This document shows, in pieces, positions 37,331 through 50,805 of a stretch of 64,000 bases of DNA; within the stretch, counting starts at the first letter, position 1, and every line of letters begins with the position of its first letter. Location: positions 118,792,001 to 118,856,000 of the forward strand of contig NC_043002.1 in NCBI RefSeq assembly GCF_006345805.1, read 5' to 3'. Below the pieces are notes generated by a model. It searched no databases and had not been told where the DNA came from. It saw nothing but the letters and a program-made list of their open reading frames with translations. Source of the DNA: Octopus sinensis (taxonomy: Eukaryota). Position numbers and translations under genes: made by a program.

Positions 37331-38035
37331 TCCATTTTGATTTCGATTTGATTGAGATTCTGATTTTGATTTTAATTTTACTTGACTCAATAGGTCTTCT
37401 CAACTGCAGTGTGTCACCCAATGATTCAAAGGTACTTTTTAAATGGGCTGGTTTTGCGACACTGGTATAAGTCAATCATTTCATTCATCACCAAGATTCC
37501 TATAGCCCTTGTTCAATTCTAGTGTCCATGGCATTCAGCAAATGAGAGAGAAATCTCACTTTGAACAGATGGTTAGCTTATCATAGGTAATTTTTCCAGA
37601 AAAGCCCCAAAACTTTATTTTGTTGCTGCTTATTTTTATTATTCGAATTTTGTAAAAATATAGGGATTCCACTAAGATTATTAAGTAAACAAGCAGAATA
37701 TTCTGAAAGAAAAGCAAAGGTAGAAAAATAAAATCTATTTCTTCTATTAGTGTATGATCACTAATTTGAAAATAGAAGTTAATTTGGTTAATTGCTATTC
37801 TTTATTTTATCAGTTATAGGGATGGAATCTCTAACAGGATGTGACCTCAAAGTTGAAAGGAACATTATCAAAACACTTGAGTCAGGCACTTATTTTTGCC
37901 ATTCCTCTTAATAACATGATTTAAAAGGAAAAACCCAGCTGAATGATGTCTATCCTGTTTCTTTTCCAATTAAATGAGGTAATAAATTTCAGAAAAATAT
38001 ATCCTGAAAGACAATCCCCGAAAGAAATTATTTAC

Positions 38036-38154
38036 CTTTGTTTACCAAATAATTTGTTGTTTATGTGATGCAGAACCTTGAAGGTAGCATATGCCATTTG
38101 TCCAATGATATTTGTATATATTTAATTTTTGTATTTTTATTCGGAATGTTAAAC
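38036..38154 (-). CDS. candidate exon of the unidentified minus-strand gene (possible stop-containing penultimate exon)
   Basis: Acceptor TTACCTTACCATCCTTAAG| and donor AAAG|GTAAAT; phase-2 entry fits exon 48908-48952 but reaches TAA at 38061-38063. Confidence 0.25.
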
Positions 38155-38260
38155 CTTAAGGATGGTAAGGTAATAGGAATCTAAGCTACTCAACAAAGGG
38201 CTGTTATTTCACAGCCTGTCACTCCGACTGCTTTGTGTTTGTGGTAACATTCAACGTCTA

Positions 38261-38495
38261 AGGCAGCAAGCTGGCAGAAACTTTAGCACGTCGGGCAAAA
38301 TGCTTAGCGGTATTTCATCTGCTGTTACATTGTGAGTTCAAATTCCACCGAGGTCGACTTTACCTTTCATCCTTTCGGGGTCGATAAATTAAGTACCAGT
38401 TACGCACTGGAGTCGATGTAATCGACTTAATACCTATGTCTGTCCTTGTTTGTCCCTTCTATGTTTAGCCCTTTGTAGGTAATAAAGAAATGGGT
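38261..38495 (+). mobile_element. SINE family C
   Basis: Family C consensus. Confidence 0.88.
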
Positions 38496-38756
38496 AACAT
38501 TCAACGTCTACGATCTAGATGCAAGCAAGTTCTAGAGAGTAATTCAAAAGTTTTCTATTATGGTCTAAAAGAAAAATGAGTTTACTAAACATCATTTTTT
38601 TAACAGTTTTGATATTAACTTGTTTAACTGTGGTTCTATTTTAAAGTGTCCATTCATACCTAAGTTAAAACTTTACATCATAATTTTTTTTAGAAACTTT
38701 TGTTATGTTTAAAGCACCATCTTGATGTAAATATTATTGTAAAAGTGAATGTTATA

Positions 38757-39167
38757 GGCGCAGGAGTGGCTGTGTGGTAAGTAGCTTGCTAACCAACCAC
38801 ATGGTTCCGGGTTCAGTCCCACTGCATGGCAACTTGGGCAAGTGTCTTCTGCTATAGCCCCGGGCCGACCAATGCCTTGTGAGTGGATTTGGTAGACGGA
38901 AACTGAAAGAAGCCTGTCGTATATATGTGTATATATATGTGTGTGTATATGTATGTGTGTCTGTGTTTGTCCCCCTAGCATTGCTTGACAACCTATGCTG
39001 GTGTGTTTACGTCCCCGTCACTTAGCGGTTTGAAAAAAGAGACCGATAGAATAAGTACTGGGCTTACAAAGAATAAGTCCCGGGGTCAATTTGTTCGACT
39101 AAAGGCGGTGCTCCAGCATGGCCGCAGTCAAATGACTGAAACAAGTAAAAAGTAAAAGAGTAAAGAG
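38757..39167 (+). mobile_element. SINE family A
   Basis: Complete family A consensus. Confidence 0.92.
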
Positions 39168-39869
39168 TTGTGCTAGAACACAAAATACTGCAAGAGTGCT
39201 TATATGCACCAATAACAAATATGAGGGTTTCTCTCATGGTAGCTATTACAGTATTTTGTGTTTTAACACAACATCCACTTTTAAGAGGGATAAATATTAC
39301 CTTCTGGTATTAATACTACTTCTGTTGCTAATAATTATTTTTTGATAAGCCCACAGGCTATATGCAACTCTGTGATTCTATGTATTTCACCAGCTGAGAT
39401 ATCGCTGTTGTCTCTAGCCCCAAGTGTGATAGAGCCAAGAAAGCCTGAGATCACATGATCTGGCAGTGACAGCGGTGATGATGGTGGATGATTTATTTCC
39501 CAGCTATTGGTGTATACAAGAATGCTTATATGCACCAAAAGCCAATATGAGAGTTTCTCTCATGGTAACTACGGCAGTATTTTCTGTTCTAATACAACAT
39601 CCACTTTTAAGTGGGAATAAATATAACTAGAACCATGTATCTTGTACCCTTCTAGTCATCTTTTCCACTACCATTAACCTCCTTCAAGAACAAAAAGAAA
39701 TAAAATATGTTGGTGCTGAGCAATATCACCGTCTTTCGTAAGCTGACACAGTTTAGATATACAAAATTCGGAGAATTCATATGATACAAGAAAATGTGGT
39801 GGCTAAGCTTTCATATCTATTGTTTGAACTTTATATGCTTCAATTTTACCTACACTGTATTTGAAACAG

Positions 39870-40395
39870 ATCAAAATTCTATAATAATAATGAAATTATT
39901 GTATACAGTGCTCAGGTGCACCACAACTTGTCAGAAAGTGCATATAAAGTACATGCAGTAATGTAAAAATGTCTGGAAAGCGAACGATGTATGAGTCAGA
40001 TACATGCTTGTGTGTGTATGGAGGGGAGAAAATCAGGTGTAGTGTTGGCGAATCTCAGAAAGCATGGAAGTTTTGAAGGATGCAGTGCTCCGACAACTAA
40101 CAACTGATGCTGGCAGTTTGTTCCATGCTTCAGCAACTCTCAGCGTGAAAAAATGTTTCCTGAAGTCATGGGTGCTGTGCTGTTTTCTGACTTTGTAAAT
40201 ATGTCCACGGGTGTTAGATGGGTGGAGTTTGAAAAGGTGCTCAGAGTTATTGTTTGTAAGATGGTTAATAATTTTATGGGTGTCTGCCAAGTCAGCTGCC
40301 AGATGTCGGAGTTTCAGAAGGAAGAAAAGCTTGCAAATCCAAGATTTTACTATTCCAGATTTGCTTGAGCATTCTCCAGTCATTTATTACCTGTC
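39870..40395 (-). mobile_element. CR1-clade LINE 3' end, second family
   Basis: LRHLAADLADTHKIINH..TRGHIYKVRKQH..FFTLRVAEAWNKLP. Confidence 0.88.
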
Positions 40396-40475
40396 TGTGT
40401 TTAGCCCATTGAAATTAAGCTTCTATTCCATTATATTCAGCTTTGACCCTGAAGCATGCATGAGTGTATGAATCT

Positions 40476-40890
40476 CTTTACTCTCTTTTACTCTTTTACT
40501 TGTTTCAGTCAGTTGACTGTGGCCATGCTGGAGCACCGCCTTTAGTCGAGCAACTCGACCCCGGGACTTATTCTTTGTAAGCCCAGTACTTATTCTATCG
40601 GTCTCTTTTGCCGAACCGCTAAGTGATGGGGACATAAACACACCAGCATCGGTTGTCAAGCAATGCTAGGGGGACAAACACAGACACACAAACACACACA
40701 CACATATATATATATATATACATATATACGACAGGCTTCTTTCAGTTTCCATCTACCAAATCCACTCACAAGGCCTTGGTCGGCCCGGGGCTATAGCAGA
40801 AGACACTTGCCCAAGATGCCATGCAGTGGGACTGAACCCAGAACCATGTGGTTGGTTAGCAAGCTACTTACCACACAGCCACTCCTGCAC
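40476..40890 (-). mobile_element. SINE family A
   Basis: Complete family A consensus. Confidence 0.92.
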
Positions 40891-41623
40891 CTATCTTTTC
40901 TTTTTTTATTTTTATTAAATTATGACTGGTTAAATGAAGCAGCAACAAGCAAGGCTTGTCAGTCCCTCATCATGGTCCCAGCAGACAAAATGAAAATGGC
41001 ACTGCCCTGGAGGATGGCATGGGAGATGTGAGCCACTCTGACTCACAGGTCTTGCACTTACAGATAGCTATCTCCACCCTGATAGTGGTGAGTGGGGGGA
41101 TGTGGTCCAGGGGCTGAGAATGCCAGAGGTCTCCACTACCACAGGCTCAACTGCAAATCTATCAGAGAGTGGCCTTTACTTTGACAGTTTCCCTTTCTTA
41201 GCCTGAAGAGCAGTGAAGCCTGCACTGACAGCTAAACACACTATGTTGCCACTGGAGGTGGGTGTCACAGCATGTGGCATCCCAGATGAGGGGCCTTCCA
41301 TTGTGGAATGAGAAAATTGTCATGCTATCTGGCTTTTTACCATCCCCTTGGTCTGGAATAAACAAAATCCAACTTCAAACTTGAAAGATGGACACTCAAA
41401 CTGCTAGAAATAGCAACCAAATCTCCCTCAAATCACACCCTGCACTTTTCAAATATATTGGACAATGTAGTTTATACATCTTGTATCTGGAAAAAGTCTG
41501 GACCATCATAGCTAGAAACCTTTGATCATGTGTCTAATCGATCAAGCCTAATCAGGAGCTAAACAGCAACCATTCAAACATTCCAATTCAAAGTAATATA
41601 CTATTATTTATTTTTATGTAGTA

Positions 41624-42018
41624 CTAGCAGTATCACCCGGTGTTGCTCGGGCTTGTAAGGGAAATAACTATATAAGCATTTTTAGAGATGTAAAGTATAA
41701 TAGCCATCTCAATATGGCTAACCACAAAGCGGAGTGTTACTGTAGCTTTTTACGTTCTGAGATTTAATAATAAATTTTTAGAGAGTTACTTCCCTTATAT
41801 ATGCCAAAAATGCATTAAAAATGGGAAAAAATGATGGTAAATTTTTTTTTAAATCGTAGACTCATCGTAGACGCGCGCTAATACCCAGAAGGGCTTGATA
41901 TGAATCACGACTATAAGATACCCGCTTTTGGTTACACTGCACCACAAAATGTGGGAGTAGTTAGGAATCTAAATCGTAGGAGACAGACAGCACACAACCT
42001 CACTTTTATATATAAAGA
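41624..42018 (-). mobile_element. non-autonomous Helitron H1 carrying the extra module
   Basis: A|TC...CTAG|T termini. Confidence 0.88.
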
Positions 42019-42659
42019 TTTGACAGTCTACTTTTAATCCACTAACCCATCCAAAGTTAATGTCTGACAAAATTACATTTCTATGGAAAGTAGTTTCCCT
42101 GCTGTGTAGAGTCCCAATTTCCATTTTGCTTTCTTTTCCTTCTCAAACCAGACATGCCACTTATGTTTTGCTTACTCATTTCCTAGTCCTTAATGACATC
42201 AAAGGATCAAATAAAAATATCCATTGTTCATTATTGTTTTAGTTTCATTTTCACTACAATTCACATATTATTATAGCTGAGGTATTTAACCCCATCCTCA
42301 GGTCATTGTCAGCTATAATAAGTATAATCCAAATAACAAACATCATTGGCACTTAGCTATCTAAAGTGTCCCTAAATTACAATTGTGATTGGCTTCAGAT
42401 AATAGTACAAGCATCCCTATGGTAAATAATGTTAGAAAACAAGTTACCACTCTATTTAACAATGTATTTTATCTTTTATCTGTTTTATTCATTGAAGCGC
42501 AGTCATGCTGGAGCACTGCCTTTGAAAGATTTGCTCAAAGAAATCCACCCCACTCCTAGTACTTACTTTTTATTAAAGTCTGGTCTTGAAAGTCATCTGA
42601 GAGCTTATCAATGAAGTGATTGTGGTGTGTGTGTTGATGGGACGGTTATCATCTGTCAA

Positions 42660-42670
42660 GATGGAGCAAT

Positions 42671-42715
<45 letters not shown>

Positions 42716-44560
42716 CATACAAGAGTTATGGAATGGAGTAGGTAAGATCCGGGCTACATATGTTTCATAGTCAGTGGAACCTCAGAAGTGGTAATATCCA
42801 AGTGAGGTGTATACTGCCAGCTACTCTTCAGGTGAAGGATATTTTGATTAGATTAAAGGTTTCATTGTCACAAGGAGGTACATGTTGACACAAGGAAGAT
42901 TCAATCAGGATGTTTGCCCCAGCATGGGAGTAAACATTACTTTGGTTTTCGCCAGACTAATTGTGAGTCTGAAATGTACACATGCAGTGGAAAATCTGTC
43001 CATTATATGTTACATATCCACCACCCCCTCTGAGCGTGCCAACAAATCAGCATAAAGTAATTCTCTAACGAGTATTTTTGAAAGTCTTTGCAGTTAAACC
43101 AGGTCAAATTAAAAATGCGACCAGATGTCCGAAATCTGATCCCGATTCCTCTGTTGCAATCCTTGAAAGCATACCAAAGTAATGTAGCAAAATAAATAGA
43201 AAAAAGTGTAGGGGCAGGAATATCTCCCTGTTTGATACCAAAAATTCATGAGATAGCTCACCATTAAAGACTACTTGAGCTTTCATGTTTCTGTGTAGTT
43301 CCTTAAAGATGCTCACAAAATGTGTTTGGCAACCAAGGTTACACAAAATAATCTGCAGTGCCTCCTTGTTTACCATGTCAAATGCCTTAGTTAAATCTAT
43401 GAAGACCTGATATAGTGGCATTTGTTCCTCGCTCAGGTCTGAAACCACACTGTTCTTCAGGAATCACATGGACACACATTCTCAACAAGACAATCTAACA
43501 TGATCCTTGAAAGTATCTTCCTGGTATGTGCCAGGAGAGTTATCTCTTTAGAATTACCACATAACTACTTTGGGGCCTTTACCCTTGTATACAGAGATCA
43601 GAATGCCATTTATCCATTCTTGTGACATGGAAGATTCATTCCAAACTCAAGTTATCAAGCTATGAGTTTCAAATGAAATATATCCCCACCTGCTTTCAGA
43701 ATTTCAACTGGAATACCATCCAATCCAGGAGCTTTACCTGATCTCAGTTTACATAATGCCAGGTGTACTTCTTCAATGGAAGGTGTATCATTCAGGTGTT
43801 GCTCTATCCCTCCTTGTGAAATGTTGTTTATCATATCCATGTTTGGACTGTGGAAGAAGATCTGCAAAGTATTCTCTCCATCTATTCATTATTCCAGGAG
43901 GATCTTCAATAACCTCATTTCCATCATTTGACTTCAAGGGAACATATGATGATGAAGATAGCAGTCCAAAAGCTTGCCGCAATAAACTATAAAAACTCTT
44001 AATGTCTTTCCTGTCATAGGCTGCCTGTACTTCGTCAGACAAATTTCTCCACCAAGTGTCTTTAAGCCTCTTGACTTCTTTTTGCAAGTCTGCTTTCTGA
44101 GACTTGTACGACTTTTCTAGTTGCACTTTGTTCTTTACGTTTGGATCAAGGAACTTTTCATGAGTGGACCTCTTTGTTGCTAAAAGCACATTTATCACTC
44201 TATCAATCTTGGTGCTGTCTCCTCTGAAAACTTAAGACCTCTAATCCCATTTTATATATTCCATCTTGGAAAGATTGCCATGAACCTTCAAAATGAACAT
44301 CACTGCATCTCTCCTTAAATAATTGCAAAACTTGTGGTTGTTTTAACTGCTCTACATTAATTCTCTTCGGTACTCGTACATCTGCACTATGAATTTTCTT
44401 GTAGAACTTGAACTTGGCCCTAACCATTTTGTGATCAGTATCACAATCAGCACCTCACAATACTCTGAGACTGCACGAACCTTGTAAGTCAGCTTTCTGA
44501 GTTAATACAAAGTCAATCATGTGACCTTGCTTTGATCATGGGTGAATCCAGAACTTGCTG
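42660..44560 (-). mobile_element. decayed RTE (BovB-like) LINE ORF2, endonuclease C-terminus to RT
   Basis: DCDTDHKMVRAK; IMNRWREYFADLL; PSIEEVHLALCKLRSGKAPGLDGIPVEILKAGG; FIDLTKAFDMV. Confidence 0.9.
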
Positions 44561-45007
44561 CCAAAGCACGTTGTCCTGGGTGTAGTCCCATTGTGTGGTA
44601 ACTTGGCATGTGTCTTCTACTATAGCCCCAGACCAACCAAAGCCTTGTGAGTGGATTTGGTAGACAGAAACTGAAAGAAATCAATCATGTATATATGTAA
44701 GTGTATGTGTGTGTCTTTCTATCGCTGTTTCTCCCTCATCACTGCTTCACAACTGGTGTTGGTTTATTTACATCCCCATAACTTACTGGTTTGACAAGAA
44801 GACACCACTAGAATAAGTACCAGGTTTATCTAAATAAAAAAAAACACAAGTCGATTCATTTGACAAAAAATCCTTTAAGGCAGTGTCTCATATTTTTATT
44901 CACCCACTCAACTGTGTTTATCAATCTATGTTTCTGTGTATGTGTATATATATATATAATACACACACACATACATATATACATGTATGTATATGTGCAT
45001 ATATATA

Positions 45008-46742
45008 TCTATTATATAAAAGTCAATGTCTTTATGTGTGTTGGTGTGTTACTTATAGACTCGAAAACTACTGCACCCATACTAATGAAATTTGGAACAC
45101 AAAATCCAAGCCTAGGGAGAAGGATAATACTGTATGTTTCATACAATTTCCTGGACCAAAATTACTGAATGGATCCTTATGATATTTGGAACTTAGATTC
45201 AATGCATAAGGGCAGGTATAATGCAGTATGTTTGGTTTGAATTTGAGGTGGCTTAAAGAGGGAAGAATCTCCCATGAAAATTCATAAATTTCTGATGTGG
45301 ATGAAATTTCAACCATAGGTAATTGACACACATCAAGAAGTATTCCCAAAGTTTCTGCTTCTCATGAGGATTCTAAGACCCCTTAATGGGGGCCTTAACT
45401 CCCAAATTTTTGTCATTTTTTATGATCCAAAACAAGTACTGAATGGATCTTTATGAAATTTGGAAATTATATTCTATGTATAAGGACAGATGCAATGCAG
45501 TATTTGTTTAAAAGTGAGGAGGCATAAATGAGGCCAGAACCCCCATGAAAATTCATATATTTTTTGCTATTGATGAAATTTTAACCATAGATATTAGACA
45601 CAAATGAAGTAATATTCCTAAAATTTCAACTTCTTAAGAGGTAGTAAAACCCCTTAAAGGGGACCTAACCCCCACAATTTAGTTGTTTTTCCTAAGCCAA
45701 GACGAATACAATTGTAGTTTTGGAAGCTGTAGAGTCACCTGAGCAGACAAGATGAGTGTTATTTGTAATTCAATGGCACAACAGTTTAATTGTTGCTTTG
45801 AGATATACTTAGATTGTGATTTCTGCAATGTAGTGCATAAATTATCAAGTAAAGGAGCGGATTCAATTGCAAAGTGTTATTTTGAGTAAAGTTATTTGGT
45901 TGCAAGACCTCCTTTGAGTCTTTTTATTATCACTGGGTCAGAGATAGTCTCCAGGTGGTAACATTGATTTCAAAGCCTTTCCAGATAAGGGATTGGTCAT
46001 TCAAAGAGATTTATAGATTGCAAATTTATTCTGTCCAGTTACCTATCGGCATAGTTATCATTGGCAAACTCCAGAGGTGACACTTTCATTTCCCCTTAGC
46101 CCTCACATCACACAGTTGTTAATGTTTATTTGAGTTGGGTCAGGCGTTCCAATTGCTATAGATCCATAATGCATCTTGCGGCTGTGCCCATCACCTGTAT
46201 GGTGAGAATCCTACATGGGGAGTGGTATCGACTAGGGTAGGGGAGCTGACTGCTTATTGTGATCGTTCGTATTTTAGTTTCCTGTAGCTTTGCTCTCTTT
46301 TACAAACCCAGTGAACATTCATATATTTCCGATTTCAAATAGATTTGAACAATAGATATAAGACCCAAGTTAAAAAAGATTCCCAACAATTCAACTTCTC
46401 TGATTGACTTTAAGGACCCCCACCCCACCCCTAATAGGGGCCTTAACTCACACATTTTAGAGCTCCATGTGCTTCATTTTTCTGGAGCAAAAACTTTTGA
46501 ATAGGTTTTATAAGATTTGGATTTTGGAATCTGGGCATAAAGATGAGTAGTATGGGATAAATATGTCATGATTAGAATTTTTGTTAGGGTGTATAAAGAG
46601 GGAAAGAACCCTCATTAAAATTCTTAACCTGCAAATTTGATTAAATTTGAATCAGGTATTCCAGTTCATTAGAGAAAATATAAAAGGGAAGTCTAATTCA
46701 TCAATTCAGTGTTACATGGGCAAAGCCAGATATCTTTGCTAG
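45008..46742 (+). mobile_element. 1.7-kb non-autonomous Helitron (family H2) with internal ~320-bp repeats
   Basis: A|TCTATTATATAAAAG start; GGGCAAAGCC hairpin remnant then CTAG|T end; 45135-45420 resembles 45435-45690. Confidence 0.7.
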
Positions 46743-46756
46743 TATATATATATATA

Positions 46757-47252
46757 TCATCATCATCATCATTTAGCGTCCGTTTTCCATGCTAGCATGG
46801 GTTGGACGGTTTAACTGGGGTCTGTGAAGCCGGAAGGCTTCATCAGGCCCAGTCAGATTTGGCAGTGTTTCTGGATGCCCTTCCTAACGCCCGGCATTGT
46901 TCGAGTTTGTTTTCTTTTTGACCCTTTAGATTTGGAATTTTTGAAAAGTAAAAATTTTGCATCATGTAGCTTGTTATTCTCTTTAAGTGAACATTTTTCT
47001 GGTTGAAATACACCGAAAAATGGCGACACAGCAGTAAAAAAGTCGAAAAAAATAGGGATTTTCATAGAAAAAAAGCACCTTTTTGATGTAAAAAGTTTTT
47101 GGTCTTAACATGGTCCGATTTGAAGAGCAAGCCTTCTTCTATCATACTCTCAATTTTGGTCAGCTTGCGCCGCAAGGTCTCGGAGGAGATAGTGTTAGTT
47201 GAAGGCTACCAAACCTACCATACACAGACAACTTCAGCTTTATATATATAGA
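46757..47252 (-). mobile_element. RTE 3' UTR tail joined to a 3'-clipped non-autonomous Helitron (H3)
   Basis: D tail at 46757-46890; Helitron 5' end A|TCTATATATATAAAG at 47252; junction at the shared CGCC in CCTTCCTAACGCCCGGCATTGTTCGAG. Confidence 0.7.
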
Positions 47253-47989
47253 TATTAAATGCATGCTTTTCTATGCTTGCATGGATTGAGCAGAGTTTAT
47301 TGCGACAGGTTTTTTATGGCTAATGTTCTTCCTGTTACCAACTCTCAGTTGTTTCCAAGGTAATATTTCTCCATAGCCAGACATTTCTAACATAATATTG
47401 GAAATGAGTGACACTGCTTGTATGGCAGAGACAATTATTTACAACCATTGCCCTGATGGCAAGGCAAAGCAACACACGCCCATGTATATATATTTCTTTA
47501 CTGCCCACAAGGGGCTAAACATAGAGGGGACAAACAAGGACAGACAAAGGGATTAAGTCGATTATATCGACCCCAGTGCGTAACTGGTATTTTATTTATC
47601 GACCCCGAAAGGATGAAAGGCAAAGTCGACCTCGGCGTAATTTGAACATGTATATATGAACAGACTATGTTCAGTATCTGTTCTCTAGATCCCCTCTGAA
47701 GGCTTTGGTCAGCCCAGGGCTATAGTAGAAGACACTTACCCAAGGTGCCACTCAGTAGAACTAATCCATGTGATTGGGAAGCACAGCCACACCTGTGCCT
47801 GTGTGGGACAGGAATTAGAATGTGTGCTTCTAGTGTTTCTGAAAAACTGAAGCAGGATTTGCAATCATGATCTTTAGAAATTTTTCACAAAACCTTTCTT
47901 TGTCTCTTTTCCCCCTCTTTGAATGCCTTATGGGTGAAATATAAAGAATTTACTTATTTAAAATAAAAACTTACGCAGAAAGGTTTCAG

Positions 47990-48127
47990 CTTGCTTACCA
48001 ACCACATGCGTGGCACCTTGGGCAAGTGGCACCTTTGGCAAGTGGCTTCTACTATGGCCTCAGGCAAACCAAAGTCTTGTGAGTGGATTTGGTAGACGGA
48101 AACTGAAAGAAGTTCATCATATGTATG

Positions 48128-48168
<41 letters not shown>

Positions 48169-48392
48169 ATGTATGTGTGTGTCTTTGTGTCTGTGTTTGT
48201 CTCCGCAATATTGCTTGACAACCGATGCTGATATGTTTACGTCCCTGTAACTTAGCGGTTCGGCAAAAGAGACTGATAGAATAAGTACTAGGCTGACAAA
48301 GAATAAGTCCTGGGGTCAATTTGCTTGACTAAAGGTGGTGCTCCAGCATGGCCGTAGTCAAATGCCTGAAACAAATAAAAGAATAAAAGAAT
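47990..48392 (+). mobile_element. SINE family A, 5'-damaged
   Basis: Family A with a duplicated GGCACCTT.GGCAAGTG segment; SINE C (47493-47646) and a family A head remnant (47690-47800) lie just upstream. Confidence 0.85.
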
Positions 48393-48907
48393 ATTAGTAA
48401 ACTATTTACATTAGTTATGCTATCTGAGGTTTTGTGTTATTAATTTGGCCATTTATTGATATTTCTCAATAAGTAACCAAGAAATTTTGTTTATATTAAA
48501 GGATATATATAAATATATATATATATATTGGATTTAATTATTTCAGAATAAAGGCATTTAGAATAAGGAATGACATCAGAAATGTAGTTATTGATCTTCT
48601 GTTTAGCAAGATCAATGAATTTAATGTAAAAAGTTTGAAAATCTGCTGATAAATGAAAATATTTTGTATAAGAATTTGTGGTTATGAAAAATTTAGATAT
48701 ATTTGTGAGTGATAAGTATAAAAGGAAGAATGAATTAATCTGACTCAAATTAGTTTCATAGACTGTCACTCATTAATCGAGTCAATCTTTATCTGAAAAA
48801 CCTCAGATATATATAAACTGATGGGATAACATAATACTTAAGGGACTTCTTTTGCCTTTGCCCCTTACTCTCATTTCTCTACTGTACTTCACATCACAAA
48901 TACTTGC

Positions 48908-48952
48908 CTCTTTAGATGTGCCATCTCTGGAGCTCCATTCCAATTCATTAAC
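48908..48952 (-). CDS. candidate 45-nt coding exon with a GC donor
   Basis: Strong acceptor TTTACCTTTACCTTCTACAG|; donor AG|GCAAGT; symmetric phase 2-2; reads (R)LMNWNGAPEMAHLK in frame with exon 49307. Confidence 0.4.
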
Positions 48953-49306
48953 CTGTAGAAGGTAAAGGTAAATATCAACCTTATCAACTTTTGACCGTTC
49001 AGTCTGCTAGAAATAGCAACCAAATGTCCATCAAATTACAGCATTCCATCTTAAAAATGACATATTGGATTTTATCTAGAAAATAAGGAAACAAAATGAT
49101 CATGGCTGGAATACCTTGATGATCCAAGCCTGAGTCTAATCTTAAAAATCTAGTGCGATTTCTGAATGATTGTATAGATGTATTATGCTTGTATTTTTTA
49201 ACAATTGTATGTATATGTGTATGTGAACTTTTGGATGATTGATTTGATTATCTGGAGAATTTCTCTCTGCTTTTTAATTTGTTTTAAGGTTTCTAGACAT
49301 GTTCAC

Positions 49307-49563
49307 CTATTCTCAGTATCAATTCCCTGTTTGTTATCATTTTCAAATTTATTTCCATTAAGGCAATTATTCAGTTTTCTCTGAAATTCTTCTATTTGGG
49401 TTTTTTTTTTCTGTCTAAGACCTACAGGAGTCCAAACTAAACACAACCACATCAATTTCATGAATCTGAGACAGTCTACAAAAATAATGGTGGGCAATGC
49501 ATTCTGATTAATTAATATAATAAAAAAAAAAATCAGAGAAATTAAAACTCTTTCTTTAAGCAT
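49307..49563 (-). CDS. candidate coding exon of an unidentified protein (possible N-terminal hydrophobic anchor plus charged stem)
   Basis: Open frame MLKERVLISLIFFFIILINQ...GLRQKKKTQIEEFQRKLNNCLNG...DTEN ending at donor AG|GTGAAC (49306); an alternative internal acceptor CTCCTGTAG| at 49422 gives a 115-nt exon. Confidence 0.4.
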
Positions 49564-49792
49564 TATGGTTTTATTATTTCATTTATATACGTTATTGTTT
49601 GGTTTATGATCAAAGAAATCTCTTATAAGTGGACTAGTTATTGACCTTCACATTCGTTACTTTATTGATATCACATTGTCAAATAACACTTATAGCTTTT
49701 GAAAAACATTTTCTGAAAAAATTGATGGTGATGTTTGTGATAATAAATTATCTGAGATAACAAAAAAAAATATAATGATAATAATAATGATA

Positions 49793-50202
49793 GGGGCAGG
49801 AGTGGCTGTGTGGTAAGTAGCTTGTTTACCAACCACATGGTTCCGAGTTCAGTCCCACTGCGTGGCACCTTGGGCAAGTGTCTTCTGCTATAGCCTCAGG
49901 CCGACCAATGCCTTGTGAGTGGATTTGGTAGACGGAAACTGAAAGAAGCCTGTTGTATATATGTATATATATGTATGTGCGTGTATGTTTGTGTGTCTGT
50001 GTTTGTCCCCCTAGCATTGCTTGACAACCGATGCTGGTGTGTTTACGTCCCCGTCACTTAGCGGTTCGGCAAAAAGAGACCGATAGAATAAGTACTGGGC
50101 TTACAGAGAATAAGTCCTGGGGTCGTGTTGCTCGACTAAAGGTGGTGCTCCAGCATGGCCGCAGTCAAATGACTGAAACAAGTAAAAGAGTAAAGAGAGA
50201 GA

Positions 50203-50203
<1 letters not shown>
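49793..50203 (+). mobile_element. SINE family A
   Basis: Complete; followed by (TAA)n and MITE 50257-50483. Confidence 0.92.
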
Positions 50204-50246
<43 letters not shown>

Positions 50247-50805
50247 CCTTTAACATTTAACCCTTTAGTGTTCTGATTATTCTATCAAACATAATGCTTA
50301 TTGATTCCCATTGATTTGAATTAATCATGCATTATCTCATATCTTCAAGATCTTGATGGTGTAATTACCTAATGTAGAATAACATTGTAGGGTAGGTGTG
50401 AGAGCTTGGATCTGGTCAGTTTGAACATAAAACAGATTAAATATTTTGGCCGGATATGGCCGGTTTAAATACTAAAGGGTTAAACCAAGTATATCTGGTC
50501 AAAATATTCTCCCTGTTTTATGTTGAAACTAGTCAAACCTGGTCAGTAAGTAAAAGCAATATCCTTTGTATCATGAGATTAATAACAGGATATAAAACTC
50601 TCCTTAAGTAACAAACCGGACAGTGAGTGTTTTGTTTTGTTGTTCTTGTATTGTTTGTTTATTGTATCCTGTATTGTCGTAAGACTGAGTTTAGCAAGTT
50701 TGTATATTGTTGTAACAGTTTTGTACTTTTACTGACAAAAATAAAATGAGGGTTTAGGTTTCTTATTAACTGACATAAAGTGTATCATATGCAACAGAAG
50801 CAGTA

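Noticed and set aside
39656-39737. 82-nt plus-strand exon-like ORF (IFSTTINLLQEQKEIKYVGAEQYHRL) with good AG/GTAAGC signals
   Set aside because: Isolated; no compatible neighbouring exons or recognisable homology. Kept only as a possibility.
40940-41330. Possible RTE 5' UTR with an HDV-like ribozyme
   Set aside because: GC-richer LINE-like sequence, but I could not build the nested double pseudoknot by eye.
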